64,000 nucleotides of DNA from Mayamaea pseudoterrestris (lineage: Eukaryota). The notes below the pieces were generated by a model. That model made no database searches. It was not told the DNA's origin and worked only from the letters and a program-made list of their open reading frames with translations. This document shows positions 23,142-35,108 of the stretch, piece after piece. The stretch's first letter is position 1; the number at the start of each line of letters is the position of its first letter. The position numbers and the translations under genes were made by a program. The DNA is taken from the NCBI GenBank assembly GCA_027923505.1, contig BROI01000038.1:1-64000 (forward strand), in the 5' to 3' direction.

Positions 23142-24315
23142 CTACTTGGACGACTTGTTTTGTCCCGCTTCCAAATCGTGAGAGTCGCTCTTGTGTAAAG
23201 CTTGCGCCGCAGACTTGCCTTCCGCCATTTTTACTAGTGTGTACGCCAGCGACCCTCCCAGCACGACAAATATACTGACAACACCCAAAAACGTTGGCTG
23301 ATTCTTCCAAATGTAAAAGGCCATGATGGACTGAACGCCAGCCTTGGCTGTTCCACTAATGTTATGCGTCAGTGGACTCGTCGCCTTGATTTGTAGCACC
23401 GTGACGATTCCTGAGAGGACGTAATTCGAATAGACGAACGGCGGTGTGAGACGAGCGAAATGCGAAGTTCATTCATTCACTTTAAATCGGCCATTCCTAC
23501 TATATACAGTACATACCAATGGAGAAGCCAAAGACTCCAGCGACTGCCATGGCCGACCAAAAGATTGGACTCATAAACTGCTTGGTAAAACCAGCCAAGA
23601 TTGCATCGTGCTCGAAAATGAGCATGAGCGGAATGAATAGAATGCAGGCATTGATGTTATTGTAGTAAGTCAGCTTCCAGTGATCGTTCTCAACAACTGG
23701 CAAAACCTTTTTCGTGTAGATTGAATTGAGCGAAACAAAGAGCGACGAAAGCACTCCCGAAATGGTTCCCCAAAGCGAAAAGTTAAGCTCGCCCTTGCTT
23801 CCCATGAAGAAACCCAAAATGACAATCATGAGACACATCATGACGCTAAATGATGTTCTGGTTCCCAAAAGAGCTTGCGTGAAAATGACATTGAAGACAA
23901 TCGTCAAGGATCTTGCGACATTGTAGAATGAAACTTCGACCCATTTGAGGCAAAGGTTGTTGAAGGTAATCATTCCGACAAAGATCAAACTGAGCGGAAA
24001 GACCTTGCGTCCAGTGCCGACGCGATACTCTGCCTTTGGAAATTGCGCCCAAAAGGATGGTTTTCGATTCGATTCGCTTTCATCGTCCGACTTGGCCAGT
24101 GCGTCGTACTCTCGCGCCTTCATGCTTTGAGCAAACCGTCCGGCCAACCAGCAAATCCATGCCGTGACAACGCACTGAAACCACGTGACGAAGAGTGGAG
24201 CTGGTAGAGATATTTCGTCACTACTCATTAATGCTTTGTTCAAGTAGACCATGCTAATCGACACGAACCAGTAGGTGGCCACAACGGAGGCAATGTAGGA
24301 TTGTTCCGTCATCAT
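23142..24315 (-). CDS. GDP-fucose transporter (SLC35C1-like), 2 exons (24315-23517, 23410-23142)
   Basis: Motifs YWFVSISMVYLNK, APLFVTWFQC, FNNLCLKWVEVSFYNVARSLTIVFNV and TSPLTHNISGTAKA. GTATGT...CAG intron. Confidence 0.92.
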
Positions 24316-24861
24316 GATGGAATGATGAATGGTAACGATGGTGCGTGTTGCTTGGACGTAGAATGTGTAGGCTGACACTCACTTCCGATTTTCTCGTCTT
24401 TGCTTTGGTTTTCTTCTTGCGCTTAGAAAGATTCAACTACTAGCTACGGTAGGATACAGTGTCTATGCTGTTGGACGGTGCATCTTCATGGTCGAGGGCC
24501 GACCGACGGAAGGCGCAATCCTCGCAAGGGTCAAGGAAAATGACCAGAATGGAAAACTAGGGTTCGAGTTTTCATGATGATGAATGGACTACACTTTGGT
24601 CAAGTGTTGCGTCAGGGTTAAGTTTTGCAACGTCATTTGCAAGAAACTTCAAGTAAGAGTACACTGAAAGCCATACTCGTATCAATTTTGAATGACGAAC
24701 GCCAAGTGACAGCCGGGCCGAGTCGAAGCGAACAGTCCTTTGATGGGATTCTTCTTTGGATCGCACCTCGTGTCACGGCGTGGCATCAGCCTTCTCTCCG
24801 CAAGGATCAAGATCCTCTATTATCATCACAATCCACTGGTACCGGTACACTGCACGACACG

Positions 24862-25500
24862 ATGAAGGACCTTTCGCATTCGCAGGAACGTTCACTCCGC
24901 TTTGACGCTGCTCCCTTTTACCCTACCGGTAGTACAAGTGGCATCATGTCCTCACTGCCATCCTCGTCCTACGAGTTTGCCATTTACAATGAAGGCAAGC
25001 CTTGCATGATGGCAACTAGCGAAGCTGATGTGAACAACATTCTCCATGGGATTCAAGACGATGCGCTGGATGAAGGATTTCCGCCCGATGCAAGGGACGC
25101 GGCTGAGCTCGAAGACGTTGATGCTTACAACGAAATGCAGGCCTTATTGGATTTGATGGAAGAGCGAGACGAGGAGGCGCGAGAGAGGTACAGCCACGTC
25201 GGCAAGCGCTGGGAGAGTCGTCGTCAACAAGGACTGGGCGTTGGACAAAAGCCGAAGCAAGCGAGTAGCAGCGCTTTGATGAACAGGGATGGAACGTCCA
25301 AGGCCATGATGATGCCACACTCGCCGCCTCGCATTCCAACGCAAGCCATTCAGACGCACTCGCATCACAATTTCTCCAACAAGGTTATGCATGACATGGA
25401 TCCTCGTCGACCGGACCGCTCTGGAGGCATGGGTCGTCAAAGCAAGGGAATGTATCACTACGGGCCTCGTGAGGTGCGCATTCAGCAGCCGCGCAAGTAG
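24862..25500 (+). CDS. Hypothetical protein with a possible N-terminal PAM2-like motif
   Basis: ATG at 24862. Contains SLRFDAAPFYP, an acidic helical middle region and a basic tail IQQPRK*. Confidence 0.65.
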   Translation: MKDLSHSQERSLRFDAAPFYPTGSTSGIMSSLPSSSYEFAIYNEGKPCMMATSEADVNNILHGIQDDALDEGFPPDARDAAELEDVDAYNEMQALLDLMEERDEEARERYSHVGKRWESRRQQGLGVGQKPKQASSSALMNRDGTSKAMMMPHSPPRIPTQAIQTHSHHNFSNKVMHDMDPRRPDRSGGMGRQSKGMYHYGPREVRIQQPRK

Positions 25501-25869
25501 AAATTCCCGCTGGAACTACAAGTGATTGCATGTTTTGATGGCTTTACATAATGCTGCATTCGCTCCTTCACAAGCTTGCCACATTAATAAACATAACTGT
25601 GAATCAAACAACAAGAATGAGTTGACTCGGTTGCGTTGCTTGTTTTCGCAACGAGTCTAAACAGAAACAATAAACAGAGAAACAAAAAAACATTGATCAT
25701 GCTCGAATATTTAATCCGCACCAACAACTAGCTTACAATACAGAACTAAAAAACTCAGTTATATATGTTTTAGATTACGCCTTCTTCGTATGCTACGTAG
25801 TCGGATTCACAGTCAGTCGGTATGCTTTCATACACGTAGTGTAATTACGAGTATGCGACATAGTCTCAT

Positions 25870-27091
25870 TCAGTCGGTAGCTTGCCGATTCGTCGTCGCG
25901 CATTTGGTGCTCAAAGGGGCGGTAGCATATTGCGCCAATGTTGGCGGCACTGAATCTATGAAAGCATGCTTGACGGCGAAGAATTGACGATGGGTGCCAC
26001 ACATTCGACCGACTGGATCATTAACATTACCATGAAATGCGCCTGAAAAGCGAGCCGACAAATCCAAATCAATAGCGGACCACCAAGGCAGTATACTAAC
26101 TAGCGCCTGCTGATGATGCGGTCGAGGCAGTACATGATTAACAAAAGTAGAACGTCCGCGTTGGTCGAAGCGTCCGTGCAACATCCAGCCACGTAATCAT
26201 GGAGCGCACCACGAGACCCGTCAGCAGGCAAGACCAAGCCAATGAAACCACCAAACATGCCTTTAAGGATGCCGCGGAAGGAATTGGATGGATCTGTTGG
26301 GCCGACGCAGAAGCGGCTAATCCTTTGGCAACATAGCCGAGCGCCCAACTTGAAATCCTGCAGGAAAAATCTTTTATAGGAACAAACGGACTGGGCTAGC
26401 GGAGCGGAGCGGCTTCAACAGTGCAAAGAGCATCGTGAATTTAACATCGCACAAGGCTGTTAGCTACGGCAGGTCTGTGCAGGCAACAGTGCGGTAGCTT
26501 CCCAACCGCTGTCTCTTGCGAACAGTACAACATGACTGCCTATATGCATTGCAGCCGCCCCCTGATAGGCCAAGCTGCCATTCAACTCTACACGCTGGGT
26601 CATTGCCAATGCCAATGCGGCAGCCTTTAACATCGCACGAGTTTGCCAACGTTGATTGCTGTGTCGTATTGGGCGCACTGAGTTCGAATCAACAACTAAA
26701 ATAGCAACCTTCCCCACAACCACGACAAGCCTGCCGCTTACTCGCATCAGACAAATTCTAAACGAACGTTCATAACGCAAACGAGTTACAGCTTTTGCTG
26801 TACCAGCGTTGTTGCGAAAAGGTGACAAACTAAGCTGATGGACAGACGTTGATTGCTATGTTGCTTTGCTCGCAATTCAATGTTCAACATCAGATTCGAG
26901 TAGAGCTCGCTGCGTCTTGTTGACGTGTCCATTTTCGCAATTCGGCATCGTGCATCGTTGCTCCTGGCCGCAAGGGTGGCGGGATGGTAGCAACAGTAGC
27001 ATCGACGAATAATTTTCTTCACAGCGAAGAGCTTGTTTGCTTGAAGTCCAAGTCGTTTGCCTAAACTGCGACTGACGATTGTTGTCGACAT
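25870..27091 (-). pseudogene. Possible fragmented gene or pseudogene with hydrophobic segments
   Basis: A chain of short minus-strand frames (for example ISSWALGYVAKGLAA...LVVSLAWSCLLTGLVV) that only join through frameshifts. No family recognised. Confidence 0.25.
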
Positions 27092-27426
27092 GCAGTTGAC
27101 TGTTATTCCATGAAACTCAATGATCGATAGAAAATGAACAAGAAATGGTTCACTGGTGTGTCGCCGTTCCAGTGTTCATGCAGTCGACGATGATTCATGC
27201 CAAAAGAGTGTTAATGAGCTTGTACTCCCGGAACGCGGTGGGCAAAAAGGGACGACAAACAGCAAGCGAAACGCATCCCTCTTTTTGCGATGTTGATGGC
27301 CTTGCCGGGTAACTTCTTTATCAGTCGCGTTACTGCAAGACAATTGTATCAATATTATGAATGATGTAAAGGATGATTCGCACCCATCCTTTGTCCGAGG
27401 TAGATGGTATCAAAAATGACGACGGA

Positions 27427-27453
27427 GCTGCTGCTGCTGCTGCTGCTGCTGCT
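27427..27453. repeat. (GCT)9 microsatellite
   Basis: Read directly from the sequence. Confidence 0.9.
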
Positions 27454-27997
27454 GACATAACCAGTCGGTCGTTGGCGCCTGCTTCGACGAAATCCATTAG
27501 TCATGCTGCTGCTCTACTTTTGTTGGATGGGTTCGACAATGTATGCTTTCAGTCGACTACCGGAGCCGCAAGCAGGACCAGTGTAGAGAGTCGCAGTCGC
27601 TGATTGATTGCTGTGCGATGCGAGATACCTCGTTCATTGGACAGTCAACAAACCAAATCACAGTCAGTGCAATGATTAGAAGCTTCAATGTTTCGGTCGG
27701 AAAGATATGCAGATACGTTGTATGTTCTCCTCAATGTGTATAATACCTATCTAGCGGTTGAACTGACAGTGAGTCGACAGACTCATTGATAGAGGAAAGC
27801 GAAGTTTCGTCACATCGTCAGTTGGCGGAGCGAGTGAAAATGAAAGCATCATGGCATCACGTCAATAAATGATGATGCTTATTCAAACGGCCATTCGTCA
27901 GCAAATGTATAACAGGTACGTACAGTATTGTGCTTGTGGAAGCGAAAGAGGAAGCAACCAACGAGGACTGCCTCGCAGTCAAGTTCGTGCCCAGGAA

Positions 27998-28422
27998 TTT
28001 TCACTGGCACACGTTTTATACTATTGCCTTGATGACGGAATTGACACTGGCACTCGTTTCATACTAAAGCCTTAATGAAGTAATTGACACTGGCACTCGT
28101 TTCGTACTATTGCCATGAGACGTAGTTTTCACTGGCATCCGTTTCGTACTATTGCCTGATGACGTAGTTTTCACTGGCACTCGTTTCGCGCTAATGCTTG
28201 ATGACGTAGTTTTCACTGGCACTCGTTTCGTGCTATTGCCTAATGACGTAGTTTTCACTGGCACTTGTTTCGTACTATTGCCTTGAGACGAAGTTTTCAC
28301 TGGCACTCGTTTCGTACTATTGTCTTACTGTAAATGACGTAGTTTTCACTGGCACTCGTTTCGTACTATTGCCTTAATGACGTAATTGACACTGGCACTC
28401 GTTTCATACTATTGCCTTGATG
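27998..28422 (+). repeat. 42-bp minisatellite array, left copy (~10 units)
   Basis: Consensus GACGTAGTTTTCACTGGCACTCGTTTCGTACTATTGCCTAAT, with a GTAATTGACACTGG variant. Confidence 0.95.
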
Positions 28423-31229
28423 ATGATCTCGAATGACTATCCAACAAAGTGTACAAAATGCCGAGAGTCAAGCATCGAGAGCAAATCCATCAATCGTTTC
28501 AGCTGCACGTTCCTCTCACTTGAATCGAACTCTTTACCTGCTTCATTTCAGCGTTATAACTGTAGTTGAATATTGACTGTGGTGGCGCTCGTAATAGCAG
28601 TGTTGGTCTTACAAGTGCGCGCGCTTGAACCTGCGGAAAGAACATGAAACAAACCTTGATGGAGACGCATGACGAGCCTTATGCTGGTGCCGCCTTTACT
28701 TGACGAAATACACCCAGTCTTTGCCCGTCACAATATATATCTACAACGAACAATGAGATAGTCTGACTTGCACGTCGAACCCTTTTCGTATCATGAAGTC
28801 CAATATCGACGACCTGCTGCCATATGGATGCAATGTCTGCCAGCTCATGTATCATTAATATTAACCTGATGCTTTCACAGCAACTGACGAATGCGGACAA
28901 AGATGGCTTTGAAAACATGAAAATTCTTTATCGGCTGCTGTCAAGCCGACTGGATTTATGGTATATGTCGGCATGGAATCGCAGCTGGCGCTCATTGTCC
29001 ATTTTACAATCCACTTGGTCGTCGCATTCATCGTCGTAAAGAAAATGACGCACCAGCGGGTCCACGAACACTTGCGTCATGTTGCAAAACACGCTGGAGA
29101 AACATATTGCAGGTGCATACCGCCCTTTGATCCTTTACCAAACTTTTGGCGATGGATGTCGCTGATTCCTCTGGCTTTTGGGCATAAGGACTTGAACATT
29201 GGACTGGATGGAATGAGTGCTTTGCTCCGAATTCAATGCTTTGACATGTCCCTCTCGGTCGCGAATGGCGGTCCTGCTGCTACAATGTGAAGAATGATGT
29301 GTCACTTACTTCGGCTCGTCATGAGTCCTTAACTTGCAGCAGCGATCGGTATCTGTCCGTCAAAATCGATAGCAAAGGAACACCGTTTGAAAAACGAATA
29401 TTGCCGAGTTATCTTGTGGTTTATGCAAAGGGGAGGTGTGAGTTGGTGGGCCACATTTCATCGAGCGATGAGTGAGATTCGACGAGTTGCATGTGTTGAG
29501 AATGGTGATTGCGAGAAGGGTGAGCATAGCCCATGCGCCTCTCTTCCGTGCTACCTTTTACTGGTTATAAAGCTGCGTCTACCTTGCTTGTAAAACGCCG
29601 TCGCGATAGGAAAACTGGCATTGGCGTTTGCGGAATTAAAAAAAGGCGGTCCTAGATTTGTCATAACGATCGTTTCAGCTATACACCAGGCAGGCAAAGT
29701 ACGTATGGAGAGTGCGAGACAGCAAGGCGTCCAAGATGTATCAGTCGCGTGAACACCAATCAACAACTGCAGCCTTTATAGCCGCAAAGTTTGCGGCCAC
29801 GGCCAGCACTTGTCTCGCTGCGCCGTAAGCCTTATTGTCATCCATTTGACGCATTAACCTTGGTACGTTCTGGCACAACGTCTTGTGCCTTAGTTGCACA
29901 TGGGAATGTCAGTTATTGCGCGGCAGCAATTGAATATAGATTGTCTTTGCACCGATCAGCATGGGCAGAGCCACGAGTTGTAAGCCAATGCTAGTCGGAA
30001 ACGCCCTTGGAATTCGCTATTTGATCCAACCAAGGCATTTGTAACGTTACAGCAGGAAGCAATGGAAGTAAAAAAGATGTGATAAGCCAAGCTCCCTTCA
30101 CGTTCTGTATTATATCGCTCTGCCGCCAAGTGTACCAGATGAATGTTTCTTCAAAGGTGAACCAGCCTACGATCGCCAAGTCGAGCGGCTGGGCAAATGA
30201 ACTCGGCACTTGAAGCTATCACAGTTAGCATGACATGGTAGTAGGGCCAATCGCCGACTTCAAATGTGACAACGCAGCGTAAGAACAAGCCTATGCAATG
30301 GTCGGCCATTGGACACCCTTGCAAAAAAGAAGCAGCGATCAAGATCGGCTATATCAATCCTGAAAGTGAATTATGCTTGGGCATATTCTCATGGCGCCGT
30401 CAGTTGAATGCGTTGCCGACAAAAGGCATTGGGCGACTTTATTGTTTGAAGGCGATTATATTGCGCGGTCATCGCGCATAACAATTTGCGAGATGAAAGT
30501 ACGTGCAGGAAAGTTGGAGCAAGTGCAACAAGCGCTCCGCCCCATGAGACTGGTTATTTTCAAGCAATGATCAGGCGCTTATAACATCATTACGTATGTA
30601 TTGATACTTGTCATTGACTATGTACTCGTCATTGAAAAGTACTCTAGTAATGATCATCGCGCCGCCAAGCGCTCGTAGAGTCGCCTTCTCTTTGTAGCGA
30701 AACGATAGCTAACATAATGAGCGTCTGTCCGTGCCAAGCGATTTTGCCGCAACTCCCTTGCGCTCGTTTGAGCAATCTCAATGCATGTCGCTGCGACATG
30801 AGCGTGCGGATGGGAGAGGCTGCATCAACCATCCGGACCCAAGGGCAGCAAATTCGACTCATGGCAATAGAAGACCTTCCTTGCATCACTTAGAGAGTCT
30901 TGGTAGGTAGTAAAGAGACTACGGAAGACGAAAGGAAATGAGCCGATTGATTTCACGCCGGAAAAACGCGAGAATGGTGTCATCTACTTGTTCTGCTGCA
31001 TTGATTGCGACAAAGAGCTCATCGCTCAGCATTATAAATGTAGCATGATCATAATTTTGCATGCTGACATAATCAGTAGCAGCGCTGACTTGATCTTTTT
31101 CTCTTGCTTTCAGAAGGTGAACGATAACTTGAGGTGACAGGAGGCAAGGGCTGCATTGCATTAAAGTCGACGACTCGAGGTCCCATCCATTATATTCATA
31201 GAATTTTTTACAATAATCATTCGATCATT

Positions 31230-32656
31230 ATGGATGCAGCTTCATCAGCATCTTCCGTCGCATCTGGAGGTCTCGACGGAGTTTCTGCATCAGAATTCCT
31301 AAACTTGGGAATGTTTTCTCAGCAAGCAGCAACGCAGCAGCAACTTGGCGAAGGAAACAATGCAACTTCATTTGGATCGTCATCACTTGGACTTGTCAGC
31401 AACGGCTTTAACGATGCAGGGTCCTTTGACTTGTCAGACTTTCCGTCTTTGGCTGGAACCGGAGGAGGAGGGGTGCCTGGGGCATCCAACGGCTTGTCCG
31501 CTGCAATGCGACAGCAGCAATTACTTGCAGCAGCTGCTCAGCAACACGGCAACAATACTAAGAATGCAAACAATTTATATCGACTCGCTATGAATAGCAC
31601 TGCCGCAGGAGCAGGTGGACCCAATGGGAATAATTTTAGCATGACGACTGAAGACTTCCCGGCGCTCGGAGGAACGTCCTTGCAACAACTAGCGCCAATG
31701 GGATCGTCACTATTGGCATCGCAACGGGCGCCAAGTAGTGGAAACCATCATGGAGGCAGCAGCATGTACTCTTCGTCAGATTTTGTAGAACATCAAGTAG
31801 GCGGTGATGCAGCGTTATCGGCAGGGACCGGATTACTTGGAGGTGCAGGCTTGGGAGGACTCGGGTCAGCTCTGCAGCAGCAACAGCAATCGTCGGCCGG
31901 TGGAGGCGTTCGATCGCAGCAAACGCAACAGCAACAAGTACTTAGCGCTGCCGTTGGATCGGGATCTGCAACGTCGCAGTCGGCACCAGCTAGTGGGGGA
32001 GGCAATGCACTGGCAGGCGACTATGGTTTACTCGGATTACTAGCTGTCATTCGCATGACCGACGCGGATCGGAATGCTTTGGCGCTAGGATCAGACCTGA
32101 CGCTTCTAGGACTCAATTTGGGATCAGCCGAGCAGATTTACAGTACCTTTTCGAGTCCGTGGTCGGATGCACCTGTGTCAAAAGAACCACATTACCAGGT
32201 ACGATGAAGGAGTGCTGCAGTGGGAACGTGATGCACATATTCTCGCACCTTGTAAGTTCATTATTCAATTTTGCCTTTCCATGCTCCTTTTCGCAGCTTC
32301 CAATGTGCTACTACATGCACCCACCAGCATTGAAGACGGGTCACTTGTCCAAGTTTCAGCTAGAGACGCTTTTTTACATTTTTTACGCACTGCCCAAGGA
32401 TGTTCTGCAGGCGTACTCGGCGCAGGAACTTTACACGCGCGAATGGAGATTTCATGCTGAACTAAAGCTTTGGTTCAAGCGAGCGACGGCAGCTGATGGT
32501 GCACCAAGCAACAATGCAACGAACGTTTCATCGCAGTTTCTATATTTTGATATTGGTGCATGGGAGCGGCGCTTGTTTAACGGCACCATGAGTCAGAATG
32601 TGACGCAAGGTTTTCTGACAGAGGAGGAAGTGAGAGTCAAATTTGCAAGCTCGTAG
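31230..32656 (+). CDS. NOT2: CCR4-NOT complex subunit NOT2, 2 exons (31230-32198, 32297-32656)
   Basis: FSMTTEDFPALGG, YGLLGLLAVIRM..D...LALGSDLTLLGLNL...IYSTFSSPWSD, and the NOT-box ETLFYIFYALPKDVLQAYSAQELYTREWRFHAELKLWF. Confidence 0.93.
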
Positions 32657-32811
32657 CGAAGGAGTTTGGAGCGAAGGTTTGTTAATCTACAGTACGAAGT
32701 CATTGTGGAGGTACAGCATGCTGCATTCCTCGTCGCTTTCTTGCTGTTGGAATGTAATGTAGAAGCATCGGAGCATGGTCGCGCGTAATTAAGATTGTGC
32801 TATAGATTAAT

Positions 32812-33003
32812 ATCATTTGTGATGAATTTCCGTTGCAGAGACTGGCTGCCTTGCGTTCATATAGTGCCACATGCTCCAGCAGTGGCTCATCATACTTTTG
32901 AAAGCAATATAACGGGCAGTGTCGCGCATTTTCTGATTGAGCCACTGCTGCAAACGATAGTCGGCGGGGTAAAAGTCGCGCGTTCCAAATGGAGCGTCCA
33001 AAT
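32812..33003 (-). pseudogene. Frameshifted 5' fragment of a histidyl-tRNA synthetase gene
   Basis: LDAPFGTRDFYPADYRLQQWLNQKMRDTAR, then after a frameshift YCFQKYDEPLLEHVALYERKA. This matches the HisRS N-terminus (PxGTRDFxP...F.EYD.P.LE...LY.RKAGEEI). The rest of the gene is absent. Confidence 0.8.
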
Positions 33004-33320
33004 AGGCGGTCAATCAACTCTTTGGAAATATAAGTCGGTGACGCTGTCGGCCGATTTTCCTCCTGGCTCTTTTTGGTTAAAAGCGTTTGCGATTGCAAGA
33101 GTTCGTGCCCGTTGAACGTGTCCAAAGGCAGCAAGGTTGGCTGATACAATTGTGTTTGTTATAAAACAAGTGCGTTAATTTATACTGTTTAAAGTGTAAG
33201 CTATTCTCAGTCCATCAAAGGCTTCAATTATCATCAACGCTTTTGAGCCAAGTGGCGTCACTTTCCAGTAATCGTTTCCCATCACAAATATGACCAAAGC
33301 AGACTCGACTCCGCTCATGT

Positions 33321-35108
33321 CTAGTTTTCCGTCGGTGGAAGACCACGGATACGCTTGCTAAAGCGAACCGGAGCCGCCGGCGACGTGCGACGACGCTTCT
33401 TGGCTCGCTCTTCCACGAGCGTCGCATCTTGCGCAGATGTCAGAGATTCCTCCATACTCGTCATGCGCTCGCTGCCAGGTGCATCAGAAAGCATCTGATC
33501 TGCACGACGCTTTTTTGTCGGTGGTACGTTGGCCAACTCCGACACATCTTGTTGCGACTGGTTGGTTGGTAAAAGTTGAACGTTGTTCGTAATTGTCACG
33601 GGCCGCAAAACTGGCCGGATAGGCTGGGCGGCTTCAGTGAAATAATGCAGACGCTCGACAGAACTGCTAGAACAGTAAATGCGATTTTCAGCAACGATTT
33701 GCTTCATTTCAGTCGTCTGTTGCTGGCCTACCGTGTCCATTCCCCAACAATCGAGGTCAAACTCTTCCAAGTGTCGCGTCTCGTGGACTGCATTGATGAG
33801 AGAACGCATATCAATCGGCGTATCGTGGTCAACCAATTTCATCTTGAGCGACTTTAAAGGCGTGCCACGTCGCATTAAACTGGAGAGGGAGTCGCTCAAG
33901 TTCTGGTCCAAGTTTCCGATCACCTCGAGCGACAAGCCATGAATCTTCCAAGCATCTTTCTCCGTTCCAGTAAAATTCGCTGCCGTCGCAGAAGTCATGT
34001 ACGACGTGAGACTCAACATCTTGTTGATTGGAGCACGCGGCAAGAAACGCGCCAAGCTATCCAAAAAGTCCGGAGGGTAGCTGTTTCCAAGGTCTTCCTC
34101 TCCATCAGGATTCGTCAGATGAACTTCGACCTTTCCGACACCTGAACAGCCCAATGCTTCGCCGAGCAATGCGCCCGAGCTGTCCGGCAAAGTGATATGA
34201 TACATGCCGAGCTCAGGAAGGGTGCTAGTTGCAATTGCTCGACCAGCAACCTCCACCGCTTCGGCATTCTCGAATCCCAAGCGCTTGAGAGTCAGCGACT
34301 CCAGTCCCTGTCGGCCCAACAAGAGTCCAATCGAGCTTGCAACGTCGGCTGACGACAAGCAAACAAGAGGCGCAGGCAGTCCTTTTTGCATCATTTGAGA
34401 CTCTGCACCTGTCAATGGCATACCCTGGACATGTTTTGCCTCCCCTTGGGCACCGCATGCCGCCAAGAGTGAAACCGTTTTGATGTTTGGAATATTCGAC
34501 GCCGTTTGGCAGTGACTGTTGTACGCCATGTGTGGAATATCGAGCGACTCCAAATGCATGAGAGTAGCATGCCCAATCAAGGCTTGTTCGATAATCAAAG
34601 ATGCCTGCGGATCATTGTCAGCGAATCCCAATCGAGTGTTCGTGACGCCGGCGCATGAGTGAATCATGGCGGCAACAGATGGTGCATTCTCCGCATCAAT
34701 ATCACGGAACTCCAGCGTCTTGACAGAATTAAGCAAGGAGATGAGGCTTCCAATCTTGTCAAAGAATTCAATCAAGCTTTGGCTCGTAGGCGCCAATTCC
34801 TTGAGCTCCTTCAAAACGTGCTTCCACTCGTCAAGCGTACAAGTGATGACATGAGGTTTAAGCTTATCGAGAGCCTCCATGTAGCGCTTGAACAAGTCTG
34901 GATTCGTCGCCAAGCCAACGAGCGGTTCAAAAAAGAGTTGTTCAAGCTCGTCTCCGTCATTGATTGTTTCAAGAACAAGCACTTTGATATCCTCCATCCG
35001 CTCGGCTCCACGAGCTGCCACCGCACGAGCAATCTCCGCCTCGCGCTGCTGCTGCAGCTGCAGCAGCAGCTCGTTTGTCATCGTTTCTTCTTCCATACGG
35101 CTTATCAA
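33321..35108 (-). CDS. RNI-like/LRR-like protein of unknown function
   Basis: Intronless 595-aa ORF with LxxLxL periodicity (VKTLEF, LESLDI, LESLTL, LKSLKM, LEEFDL) and an NLS-like tail (PTKKRR, AKKRRR). Confidence 0.65.
   Translation of the reverse strand: MISRMEEETMTNELLLQLQQQREAEIARAVAARGAERMEDIKVLVLETINDGDELEQLFFEPLVGLATNPDLFKRYMEALDKLKPHVITCTLDEWKHVLKELKELAPTSQSLIEFFDKIGSLISLLNSVKTLEFRDIDAENAPSVAAMIHSCAGVTNTRLGFADNDPQASLIIEQALIGHATLMHLESLDIPHMAYNSHCQTASNIPNIKTVSLLAACGAQGEAKHVQGMPLTGAESQMMQKGLPAPLVCLSSADVASSIGLLLGRQGLESLTLKRLGFENAEAVEVAGRAIATSTLPELGMYHITLPDSSGALLGEALGCSGVGKVEVHLTNPDGEEDLGNSYPPDFLDSLARFLPRAPINKMLSLTSYMTSATAANFTGTEKDAWKIHGLSLEVIGNLDQNLSDSLSSLMRRGTPLKSLKMKLVDHDTPIDMRSLINAVHETRHLEEFDLDCWGMDTVGQQQTTEMKQIVAENRIYCSSSSVERLHYFTEAAQPIRPVLRPVTITNNVQLLPTNQSQQDVSELANVPPTKKRRADQMLSDAPGSERMTSMEESLTSAQDATLVEERAKKRRRTSPAAPVRFSKRIRGLPPTEN

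Noticed and set aside
28064..28306. ORFs with 14-aa repeats (KRVPVKTTS...), also at 39862-40389
   Set aside because: These are translations of the 42-bp minisatellite. Some 43-bp units break the frame and there is no gene context.
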